A model generated the notes under the pieces. It searched no databases, was not told the DNA's origin, and was given only the letters and a program-made list of their open reading frames with translations. The translations under genes and the position numbers were made by a program. This document shows positions 25,911-37,900 of a stretch of 64,000 nt of DNA, piece after piece (the first letter of the stretch is position 1; each line of letters starts with the position of its first letter). Source of the DNA: Amoebophrya sp. A120 (Eukaryota; Protista; Dinoflagellata); assembly GCA_905178155.1 (NCBI GenBank), contig CAJINV010000001.1, forward strand, positions 15,004,142 through 15,068,141, given 5' to 3'.

Positions 25911-28900
25911 TACCAAATGCTCGCCTGCCTCATTTGCTTGCGAAATGGGCGTGTTGTCTTCTAGTGTTTCTGTTTGTTCGGCATCCTCCGAAGCAGACGC
26001 CAAATTCTCCTCCTGGTCTGCATCGACGGTTGGTGGTGCAACCTCTGCCGCGGTGGTCGCGGGCCGCGCGGTCGCTTGCTCTGTGCCTTGCGGCGAGGGT
26101 GCCGGTGTTGGCACTCTGGCAAGCACCGCTTCCGCCTGCGCGATGAGGTGCGGATTGGAGCACGGCCCTGAGAAGTGAGTGTGAGACTTGGTGGAACTAT
26201 AATTCCTACATAGTTTGCTTTGAGTGACCTCATCTTGTTAATCCGTGGTGCGATCGAAGAGCAGCCTTACCTACTGTATGTAATTGACGCGTAGATCTAC
26301 CGTACGAGAGGTGGATAAGACATCAGACATCAGGACGCCAGACGTAAAAGTCTTATACGGAGTTCTTTCACTACCTTTGTCCAGACATTTGCGGATGTTC
26401 GCCGAGTTTTCGTCTTTCACAGCTTTTGCAAGTTCCAGCACTTTCTTTGCCTTGTCCAGCTCTTCTTTCTCTACCGCGGTGCGCTCCGCCATTAAGATCG
26501 CGGTTTGCAAGGCGATAATGTGCACATTCTCCTGCTGCATGCTGTATCTTAAGGACTCTACCGCCTCGAACCGGCGTAGCTTTTTCTTGTAGTTGGTTTT
26601 CCGGTCTTCCGGAATCTCCGTGAGAACGGCTTCCGGCAGCGATTGCATGGTCTGCAGCGACTTCCGGAGCTGGTCCGGGTCCTGCTGCTTGCACGAATCC
26701 CGGAGAGACGCCAGCACGGACCCCACCGCTTGTTTGTCCTCCCCCTGCACACCGTTCAGAATCCGGGCGTCCTCAGCGTCCGCACGCACTACAGACGAGG
26801 CGTGACTGAAGGACCGCCCGCCCATGGAAGGAATAGACTGCTGCAGCACATCCACCGCAGCTTGCTTATCTCTTTCAGTTGCAGCTGCAATCTCCTCCTG
26901 GGAAGCTGGAAGCACTTCCGCTGCTGTAACTTCGACTACACCTCCTCTGGGAGCGCCGGCGGGTGAAGCAGCAGCAGCATCATCTCGCCCAGGAGACGAC
27001 GCGTCCGGACTGCTGAAGCTCGCGCTGTCCTCCTCATCTACTCGTACTTCTCGAGCAGCGGCGTTTTGTTCCCCCGGAGAACGCAACAGAGGAACATGCT
27101 CCGTTGGAGACGACGGGAACGCAGCTCCCGGCGTGTTGATATCTTGCCGACTAGTCGTTTCATCTGCGCTGATTTTGCTCATACCGTTATTTTCTTTTTC
27201 TACTTTGTTCTCGATCGCATTTGCCTTGCTGTTGTTCTTGGCCCAGACCTCTGAAGCTGCGATGCTCTCCCCATCGGCAGCGGAGGAGCTCGATGTTTGT
27301 TCAGCAGTAGCAGACGGCTGGCCGCCTGAGGGACGACCTCCTCCGGCCTCATCCGATTGGCTGCTTTGCTGCTGTTGATTCTCTTCCTCCGAAGTGGTGG
27401 CACTCGATGAGGAAGAGGAAGCTTGGTCTGCAGCTTCTACTTCGGCAGATGGACCACCTTCAGGTTTCTTCACACCTGCACCTAGGACCACGTCCTGTAC
27501 CTGCATCTCCTGTGCATCGGCCTATCCTGTGCAAATGTGCCTAGGGGGTAGGGTAAACAAAAAAAATGTTATGAAGAAGGTGCAAAAAAGCCGGTGTTGA
27601 TGTTGGTGGTGAAGTTGGTGGCGAAGGTGGTGCCGAAGCTGGTGCCGAAGCTGGTGCCGAAGCTGGTGCCGAAGCTGGTGCCGAAGCTGGTGCCGAAGGT
27701 AAGAACAAGACTCCTCCTCATCTACCTGCTCGAAGCTATTATACGTCTACTAAGAAGCGCAAGGGTCCTTATAATTAAGACTAGATAGCATGCTGATGAT
27801 CTAGCTAATTAAATTACTATAGTCACTATCGATTTCTTTTACGTAGCGATAGGTCAGCGCGATCTACTAATAGAATTATCTGCAGCATTTCCAGCATTAT
27901 TTCGATGACAGATCTGAGAACCGACCTCCTTGATAGCTGCTGGATGTCATTGCTGCAGTGCCAGCTACAGCTGCAAATAATAGCAAAAGAAGAGATCATC
28001 CACGCGCCAAGTGCTTCACTATCTTCGTTCCGGGCACCACCTGGTGCCCGAAACGAGGATAGTGAAGAACTGGGCGTGTGGATGATCTCTTCTTCATGCC
28101 CGAAATAATGGCGCGTCTTCTTGTTCTTCTACTTCTTGTTTTGCACTACAACTGCATTCGGAATTTTATTGAGCTAGATCACAGGTGGCTGGAGTCTATC
28201 TCTGCCTATATGCTACTGACGACCCTTGCGCTTCTATTCATTCTAGATCGTGCGCGCCAGCAGAAAGTGTAGTTGTAGCAATAGGAGCAGCTGACGCACC
28301 TACTAAATATAAAGAACGTAGCTACTAGTCTCACCGACAATAAGTTTGCGGACCGATATAATAGGTAGTAGCTACATACAAAGGCCTTCGTCCGATAGCT
28401 AGCTCCCTAGCTAGTTGGCTAGCTAGCAGCCCGTCGGTCTGCTTAAATAAATAAGTGACTGCTCTTCTTGGTCTGGTAGTGTGTTGTATTTAGCATCATC
28501 GTCGTTTATCGTTATCCTACAGGTGTAGTTGGCTTATACTTTAATCAAAAAAAGCAGCTGCAGCGGCCGTCAGCATGATCGTGATCAGCGTCAACTTCGC
28601 GACCTCCGCGTGCTAGTCGCGGCCGGGCGTTCGAGCGTTTTGTGCAGCAATTGCAGGTGGGCTCCTCGCACCAGCACCAGAAGTCACGACCTCCTGATGC
28701 ATCCGCGTGATCGTCTTCATCCGCGTGACCGTCGACGTCAAAAAGTGCGACACGAGTGTCGCGAAAGTCGTGTCAAAAAGTGCAACATAACGCACACATT
28801 CGGAGTGCGCAAATGCGCACTATTTTTCGCAACACAAATGTCAGAAATGCAAAAAAAGCTGTATTTTTATCAGCCTAAGAATTTTGGATTTTCCTACCCC

Positions 28901-31900
28901 CTAGGCACATTTGCACAGGATACGGCCGCTGACGGTACAACTCCTCTTGCGCCGCCGACGGTCATTGCTGCACCACGAGGACCAAGAAGACCTTTATTTC
29001 CACCAACTTTCCACCTCGGGGTGATAGAGATAGACTCCTTCTTTATGCGTTCCAGGTCCGCGTCCAGCACTTGCATCGACCGCGGAAGACTCTCGTACTT
29101 CCGGGTCGCGGCTTCCAGCCCCGCCCTGTCATTGGGATCGCGTTGGGCCAGAAAGAGAATCACCTGCTCGAGGGTAGACCGTGGGGAGGAAAGCGGTTCT
29201 TGGTCCTGGTCTTCTACCGCTTGGTAGGGCACGGCCTCGAGGTCATGCGGAGGCGAATCGGGGCTGTCGGTGAGTCCTAGGTCATCCGCGATGACGTCCC
29301 GAGGACGAGGACCACCCGGAAGATCCTTATCCGCGGCGATGAAGTCCCGACCCACAGAAGCGGGCGTCGTTGGCTTGGGCGGGCTGACAGCAACTTCTAT
29401 TTCGGGCTTGTCGACGACGTCCTGCGTAGTTGCGCTAGTAGACCCGACCAGAACTTCTTGCTTCGCTCCGACCGATGCGGCGCGTGCGGCTCGAGCGGAT
29501 GCCTGCGCGACGGGGGAAAGGTCGAAGAGGCTTCCGTCGGAAACGAGACTGCCACCCATGCCAGGAGAGGACCCTGACGGGCCTATTGGTGGCCCTTGCA
29601 ATCTTGCCTGCTCCTCCTCTGTGTCTGCAGAAACGTCTGCCTTCTCAAAAGGCGCAACCGCAGGAGCGGAAGCCCGACTAGAGTGCTGCAGCTGTTCTGC
29701 CGCGGACGGGGCGGCCGGCGGTCCGCCTGCGTCTACAGCATCCGGGGGTGGCACCGCTGCGTCCTCTTCGTCGGATTTCGCCATCGCAGCAAAGCGCTGC
29801 TGCTCTTCGGCAGCCGCGGCTGCTTCCAGTCGTTCCTGCTCCAATTCCGCGATCGAAAGTTCGCAGGCATCCAACAGGGTCGCCAGCTTCACTTTTCCTT
29901 CGGCAAAAACCGGAACCCGTTGATCCGAAGGCGGTATACCGAGAAGCGCATCCACTTCGCTGTTCTCTGGACTGCTCCCGTGTTCGTGGTTTACAGCATG
30001 AAGAGCACCGCCGTCTTCTAGCCCAAGCTGGGCCGCCATTTTCCGGTACTCTCCCAGCGCCCTTGCGTGCTTCAGCAAAACCTCTCGGGACACAATATTT
30101 CCATTCTGCAGGTCTAGTTCTCTCTTTGTCGCTTCCACGGAACTGAGCAGGTGCGCACAGGACTCCTCGTGTTTGCGAAGAAAATTATTCGCAACAAGTA
30201 AATCGACCGGCTTCAACTTCTGGCTTGCAATCAGTGCTGTGACCAACGACGCATCCTGTGTCGCCATAGCGTTTTCCAGCCTGCGCATTACCTGCTGGTC
30301 CAGATTTTTTGTCTGTTTAGCGACCTTTTCCTTCTCCAGGAAGCTCTTCGCGCGCTCCATATCTTCAACAGCAAGACCGATGGCCAGACTGCTTTGCGAA
30401 GAAAGCGTATGTTTGTCTGCTGGTGAGGACGCAGCAACAGAAGTTTTCTTTGCGCCAGCATCACGATTGGCCTCGTTGTTCGCATTCTCTTCTATCTGGT
30501 CCACCAGCGCCTGTACACGCGCACTGTCTCCGCGCAGCATCAAAGAGACAAAGTTGATTTTCTGCCGGAGTAAAACGACCGCGTCTTTGGCTTCCAGCAG
30601 GAGCGGATGGTCGGTTTGCTCCAGTACACCCCATGCTTCTTCTGACTGCGGTGACAGCAGATGCCCGTGCAGGTTTTCGAAGTTGCTCGTAGTGTTACTG
30701 CTCCCGCTCCGGAACAAGTCTTCTTCTAGCATTGCCTGGTGCTGGCCTTCTTGCAACTTCTTACTCTCTGCACCAATGGGTGAAGACCGCGCAGTGTCGA
30801 GCAAATTCATGCTGCTCATCAAGTCCATGACTTCCCCCGGAGAAGGCGCCTTGCTGCTGTTCTCATTTTCCCCATCGCTTGCATTCTCCTGATCCAAAGA
30901 AAACATCCTCTCGTCCTCATCTATCTGCAATTCCCCTGGCCCAGCGAGCGCCCCTGTCGAGGGGACATCTACATCACGAGGACCCTTATTCATCATTTTG
31001 CCCTTCAACCCTGGCCGCGTTGCGACTTTTGGCCCTTCGGCCACCTCCGGAAGGTCAAAATTCTCGCTGTCCGAGCGGAAGAACCTTGTCTCGTTGCACA
31101 AAACCACTTGTCGCTCAAGTCGGTGTAGAATCTTCTCCAACTCTTTTGCGTCGTTCGTTTTCGATTTGTCCCGCACGTCTTGGAGGATCGCCGTCAAGCT
31201 CAGTGTGTGCTTGGCATAACTAGCCAGTTGTGCCTCCGTGTCGATGACCTTTTGCAACAGAGCCTGCTCCGCTTGCCGTACAGTTTTTTCTTCCTCCAAG
31301 GACTTCTCCGATCCCGCGGACGATGAAACACTGCGCTGCAAACTTGCCGTCCCCTCGATGGGGCTGAAGGGGGTTCCCCCTGCTGGTGATCCTGCAGAAG
31401 TTGTTCCACCACCCATAGCTGCGAGATTTGACCCCGATGCGGAGTTGCGGTTGAGTGTCCGTCGGAGGTCGCGCAAGTACGTGCGCAAATCCTGCAACTT
31501 TTCGTTTTCCAACTTCGTGAACGCGTCGGCTCGTTCGTTAGACGTGTTTGGCGGCCTACTTCTGCTAGTAGAAGAACTTGCGCTCATTCCTGCGGCCCCG
31601 AGCTTGGACGTTGTGCCTGCAAGCTCCAGGCTACGAGCCTGGTAGAGCTTCCGCACGGCGCCGAAGTCCTTCAGTTTCTGACTGGTCTCTTCCCGCTTTT
31701 TGATCGCAAAAATGTGGCGCAGTCCGCGGTCACAAAACGCCACGACTTCCGGCGCCACGTTCTTCTCCGCCTTGGTTTTCTCCAGAAGTATTTCGTCCTG
31801 CGAAGCGATGTCCTTCACATACTTCACTTTGAGCGCGCGGCTCGTCGCTGTCAACACGGCACTCAGGTGCTCCGCCTCAACCCGCGACTCGATGGAAAAG

Positions 31901-34900
31901 TTTTTGTTGTTGCGCAGGTCTTCCAGTGCGTCTGCGTCACGCTGGTGAAAAAAGTCTGCGATGCGGGCCTTCGCCACCTTCGGGCTAACCGGAGAGGCAG
32001 CTAGCGAGCTGCTACCGAGAATCGGTAGCAGCTCGTCGTTTTGCAGCTCGGTCAAAAACTCATTTTCCTCGAACGGCGCGTCGCGCACGCCGCTCGCGGC
32101 TAGTTCACGGCTGTTCTCGACCCGGGAGGAGATGTCGAACTCGCTGGACCGGTACCGGGTGTGCTCGTTACGCAGCTGCTGCAGCGACTTCTTGTCCAAC
32201 TCCTCAAAGGGTTGCAAGCCCGAGGCCTGATCCGGCCCCGCACCGGCAAATACGGGAATGAACGAGGGGGGCAACTTCGTAGGAGACGAAGATGAGCCTT
32301 GGATCACTTGCTGCTTGTTTATTTTTATTTTCCCCGGTGATTTACTCTTTTTGTCATCTTCCGGCGTCTTCCCCGCCGGGCCGCGCAGCTTCCTCTTCAA
32401 AGCGAGGGAGTTCCGTAAAGATTCTGCCTTCGCCAGCAATTCCAGTGTCCCCGCGGGGAGGGAGCTGCGGAGCTGTGTTTTCTTGGGCGGCGGAAACGTG
32501 CCGATCGCCTTCTCCAAGTCCGGCAGTGACTGCGCGGCAATCGCTCGCTCTAGAGGGACGGTGGTCATTTCCATTTCAGCCACGCGGTGTTCCACGTGCT
32601 CGAACAGGCGCAAGTCCTCCACGAGCGGTTCCATGACAAGCGGATACTCACCGCGGAGGACGATTTCTTGCGCCAGGATTCGGGCGGCCATCTCCAATTT
32701 TAGCCGCACCTGCGCCACGTAGTTGTTCGTCGTGCCGTCCTCAACAAATTTGGCAAGTTTCTCGGCCGGCACTTCCACCGGTTTGTTCACTTCCGCTTCG
32801 AACCACCGGTCTCCTTCTTCCGACGAAACTTCATCGAAGTCCGGAAAAGCGATGGCGTCGCTTTCTTGTTGCCTGGTGTTCAACATCGGGAAAGACGACG
32901 ATCCGTTCATCCCCGCCGGAGACGCCGGTGAATCAGGTGACATCACCGTTGTTGCGCTCGCCGAAGCTGGCGCCATGAACGCTTTCTCATTCCTCACGTA
33001 GCGCCGCATGCGCTCCTTCGCTGCGAGCTTCTCGGCGACACGACAAGCTAACTGCAACAACGCTCGATCTTCGTCGGTTTGCGGCACGCACTCCGTGCGC
33101 AGTTTCAGAAACTGGGGCACCGTGATGGGCATCGCGGCCAGCGGCGAAACCGGCATCGTGTTGCGGTCGAAGTAGAGGAAGGAAGGCACCGTTTCGGTCG
33201 TCAACTTCGCGTTGTCCAGCACAAATTTCTGGAGACTTTGCCGCACGTAGTTGCGCCGCCTCTCCCGCTGCCGGCGCATTTCGCCCCCGCGTCCGGTTTC
33301 CTCCTCGTCCAAGCGATCCATCACGATCTTCAAGTTTTGCGCGAACCGCGTCCCCAGCGTGTGGCTAGTGTGCACGTCCGCCGCCCGGCTGCCGCTGCTC
33401 GTCGGAAACCGTAAGAGCTGAAGCTGCCAGTGCTTGGCGCTTGTCGGGTCGACAGTGACGCGGAACGACGAAGAGGACTCGTCTGCTGTTTGCGGTTCCA
33501 ATGAAGACGGAAGGATGATTTTCTCCATCAGTACCGACCCCCTTAGGCTGACAAGCCCGTCCTTTTTCCTCACAACGCGCAGAAAGTCGCGGAGTTCTTC
33601 ACTGCTGAACACCGTTGCGCTCTTGTCCCCAGCGGCGACACTGAGGACATTCTCCATCGCCACAAAGTACTCCACGCTAAACCGGTCCGCGGCGGCCAGC
33701 CGCTCCTGTTTCGTCGCGTCTCCGCGCCGCGCGACCACCACCGGGTCGGCGGAAGTAACTAGAAGATCCCGCAAGCCGCGCGGGTCGCCCGCGGCAGTCA
33801 GTTTCCGCAATGAGGCATTTGAACGGTGAAACTCTGCCTGCTGTGCGGCGCAGAGCGCGTTTTTCTCGAAAACTTTTTGTTTCGCTGCCGGCCCTTCCCG
33901 GATAATTTGCGCAAAAAAGACATGGTCCGCTGGATCCGTGGGCGTGGCCGTCACATCCAGAGCGAAACTGCGGCTCAAATTCAACGGCCAAGAGAGCACC
34001 GTATCGGTTAGCTTCTGCCTCTCCGGCCAAGAAGTGACCGGTAGCTGCAGGTTCATGACTGTCCGCATGTACTCTGTGCAGGCTTCTTGCAGTGCCAGTT
34101 TTCCGCGAATCACAACAGGATCGCGATCGACGAGCGTTTCGTTCTTCTGGCTTATTCGCTTGACGCCCCGGTAGGCGGTCAAGGTGCGCTCTAGCTCGAG
34201 AACGTCCAGAGCCGCAGCAGCCTGGTCCAGCTCCCGCGCATACGTCGCCAGAAATTCCAGTTCCGCCTGGTCCGGATCCGGATCAAGAACATTCTTGTTG
34301 CCTACAAAATCCTCCGGCGAGAGGATTCCCTCCGAGTGCAAGTCGTACTGCTCTCCGGCTTTCGCCCACAAGACGACCACCGATGGATCCAGAGCGTGGC
34401 CGCTGTCCTTGGCCTCGCGCAGCTTCGCGGACAGCTCGGTGTACAAGGTCTGCGCAGACGAACCCGCCACCGTACCGGAAATGAAAGTATTTCCAGCGGT
34501 TTCTTGGTTAGAAGCCGTGTAAAACTTTCTTTCCTGCTCAATCTCTAGCAACACCTCCTCCAACCGGAGTGACAGATCGGTCAAACTTTTCGCCACCAGC
34601 GACGCACGATCCAGCTCTTCCGCAATTTTTTCTTCTACCGCCGCGCTCCACGGGTCCGTGTCCTCTTCTGGGAGGTCGTCCCGCCTTTGCGGCTGGTTCT
34701 CAAGCTGCACATCATCACTCTTTTGTCGACTAGCGTCGAACGTGGAAAACGTCAACCCGACATCCGGAGCGTTCGAAACGGAAAATCCCTGTTCTACTTT
34801 GACGCTAGACTGGCTCTCCACGACGAGGAGATCCCCCGTCCCGGAAGCCGGACCTTGCGCTGTGGTGCCCGGCGTTGCGGATGTTGTCATGTTGTTCAAG

Positions 34901-37900
34901 GTTCTCTGCATGCCCCCTAATGTTCCTCCCTGTTCCTCATCTGGCTTGTCGGGACTGACAGATACACTCTCCGACGCGCCACCAGTGATGCGCTGCGTCC
35001 GGTTGTACAAAGCGTAGCCGTCCAGGGGAGTGACTGCGGGAACAACGAGCTGGTGCACTTTGCTAGTACTCGTTCCTGCGCCTCTTGTTCCGTCTGGCTG
35101 CGAGACTCCTCCTCCGGCGATCCCGGGACTCATCTCTTCCCGTACTGGGTACAGGTTCAAATCCGAGGGCTGGGCAAATCCCGGCGGGTATCCGGCGCGC
35201 GGGGACACCGCCTCCTCGAGGAGACCCGAAAGGCGCATAGGCGAGGGCGAGTAAGTCATCAGGTCGAAATCCATCTTGCTCGTGCTGTCGTACTGCCGTT
35301 CGACCGACGCGTCATCGAGTTGGGACTGCCCGGCCGTCATGTTCGGGGTCAGGAAAAAGTGCTCCGCTTGGTCCTTTCGCGCAGCCGGCGTGAGTGACGT
35401 CGAGAACGCCTTGTTTGCCGCGGCTCCGGTCGTCGAGTCGTAGCTCTGCCGGATCGAAATCAAACTCGGGTCCTCGGCCTGCCGCGATGTCGCAACAACG
35501 TCCACGCCACTTTCCGTTCCACTTTCGATTCCAGCGGACGCAGTTCCTGGTGCGCGAATTTCTTCCTGCTCGCCCTCAGGTAAGAGTAAACGGAGTCTCG
35601 CCTCCTGCGGGGACTGCACGTACCGCAGAATAGCGGTAGAATCGTTCTCGAGCACCTTGAGCGCACGGGCGACGCTGGACGGAAGCTTCTCCGGTTTACT
35701 GACCGCGATTCGTCTACTGCGAACCTCTTGCAGCCGCATCATCACGGCGCTCAGTGATGCCGCTGCGTGGCCATGCTCTGCCTCACTTCCGGTCGTTTTT
35801 GCCCGCTGCTTCTCGACCACAGCGACGACGACATCGGTCTTCGCACTCTCCTCATCCAGTACTAATCCAGCGTAACTCGCCATCGCACTCCCCGGCGGCG
35901 CCTCGGCAAGCGCCGCTTCCAGAACTTTTTGCGCCTCCAAATTAGCTGCGGTCCGCGCGCGCTCATCGAAGTAGGTTCTCGTCGCCTCGTCGTCAGACAG
36001 ATGCTCCGCGCCCTCTCCGAGGTACAGACACGACCGCTCGATCGTATTCGCCATCTGCAGCACAAAATCGCCGAACAGAGCTAGCAGAGAGGCCCCCCCG
36101 CCAGTGGAGGACGCGGGTTTATTTGGTGGGAACAGCACACTGCCGCCGGAGAGAAACTTCCTGCAACGAAGCACAACCGAATCGTTCGACCCGAGTTCGT
36201 CCAGCTCTAGCAATGCCTGCATGCGCAGGGCACCCTCCTGCCGCGCGTCTCTTGTCGTGAACAGTAAGTTCTGCAGTTCTGCGCGGTGCTGCTGTTGCGA
36301 AGCCTCGAACTGCTGCAGGGTCTTCCCAATCTGTCCCACCAGACGACGATCCTCTGGAGACGGCGCCGTCTGCAGTTTTTCGTATGTGTCCCGCAGCTTC
36401 TGGGCGCCACTGCGCGTTATCCGGCCAGCTGCGAGCGAAAGCGGTGGGAGAAGAGGATCGGCACCTGCTACAGCCTGGTTGTCTGTCTCTAGCGGTCCGG
36501 CGGGCGCGTACGCGAACTCGGGCGTCAGAACCCAGGCGGCCCCAACCGCCGTCGGCGAAAACGAGGGTGCGTGCGGCCTGCAGGATCAAAGGCAAAGTGA
36601 GAAGAATACTGTCCACAGATTCAAAATGATCAACACAAAATGCAGAATGAAGCAAAACAACAAACGAACCTCTGCTCGTCCCGCTTTCCCGCCAAGTCGT
36701 CCCCCGTCAGCCACAAATCACCCAAGCCTTGCAATTCTCCCAAGGGCCTCGGACGGTCGCGATTGGTGGGACTTCGTCCGGCAGCCATCAGCAGTCTTTT
36801 GGCGTCGTCCCTGGCGCCATCTCGGATTTTCGACAAAACCGATATCGCCGCTTGCAGTTCGTGTTGGGGCACCCTTCCCGTCGAAATTTCCACCAGATGC
36901 GACAAGTATCGCATGGACTGCTCCTGTTCATCCTGTGGCGTCTCGAGGCTGAGTGACTGCAACTTTTGCTGCTGCCGAAAACTCATTGCGCCTGCCAACG
37001 GTCGGGTCGGCGTGTGCAAGTGCGCTTGGTCCACGACCCGTGTGGAGGTGGAAGGAGCACCAGCTGCCGTACCACCTCCGGCCGCAGTAGCAAAACCAGT
37101 CTTGTTGTTGTCCACCTGCTGCTGCTCCACTGCCGTCTTTACCCTTTCCGTCGCGGTGCGCAGTCGTAGCGTCGTTTCCATTTGGCCAAGCAACTCCCTG
37201 GCAGTGGGGATATCCTGTCCCGTATCTTCGACAATGTGAATCACGGCGAGGTCGGCCCCGACCCGGAGTCTCTCCGCGAGCTGCTTCAGCTCCGCCAATG
37301 GTAGCGGGTTCGGGTCGTTCGCGAACCGATTTCGGGCCTCGGCAATGAGACTCCGCAGCTGCTCCACGGCCGACTGGTTGATCTCTTCCGTGCCGAGAGC
37401 CGCGCGCGCTTTTACCAGCTCCTCGCGCAACGACGACGCGTCTTCCAGCTGGGCGGCAAGCTGCAGGCCGTCCCGAAGCTGACCGATGTTGCGGGTACGG
37501 AGCCCCTTCGTCAACGCGCTCCGGACGTCGCGCAACCGTTCCAAGTGGGTGAGCCATTCGCTGACCAGCGCAAGGCTGGCACTGTCGATCTTCTCGCCTA
37601 CAGTTCCGGAAGATGATTTATTTTCTCCTTCTAAAAGCAGCTGTTGTTGATCGCTGTAGAACTTGCGGACCTGCTTCAGATCCGTGCTTTCCAGAATGGG
37701 GAAAACCACCGGGTTCGCGTTTACCCTCTTTGCTTTTTCCAGAATCGATTCCGCTCTTGGTCGATCTTCGATCCGGTCTGCGGACAGACCGGCCGAAGTC
37801 GGGCTCGGCGGCTGCATGATGTCGCGAAACTGTTCGAGCACAAACGCCGGCTCCGGCATCAGCACGGCGGACAGGCTCGGCGGCGGCCCCACCGGCAGCT

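Larger units (their letters stand above)
27523..28922. mobile_element. long introner element, TIR family F (1400 bp), TSD CGGCC, non-autonomous with cargo
   Basis: Perfect 30-bp TIR TATCCTGTGCAAATGTGCCTAGGGGGTAGG. CGGCC at 27518-27522 and 28923-28927. Sense-strand GT...AG. No transposase-sized ORF inside. Confidence 0.95.

Noticed and set aside
27593-27700. Possible CRISPR-like array
   Set aside because: Head-to-tail 12-mers with no unique spacers, no cas genes, and a eukaryotic context.
28529-29227. 232-aa plus-strand ORF as the transposase of the long element
   Set aside because: It runs through the TIR into the antisense of the host exon and shows no DDE or other transposase motif.
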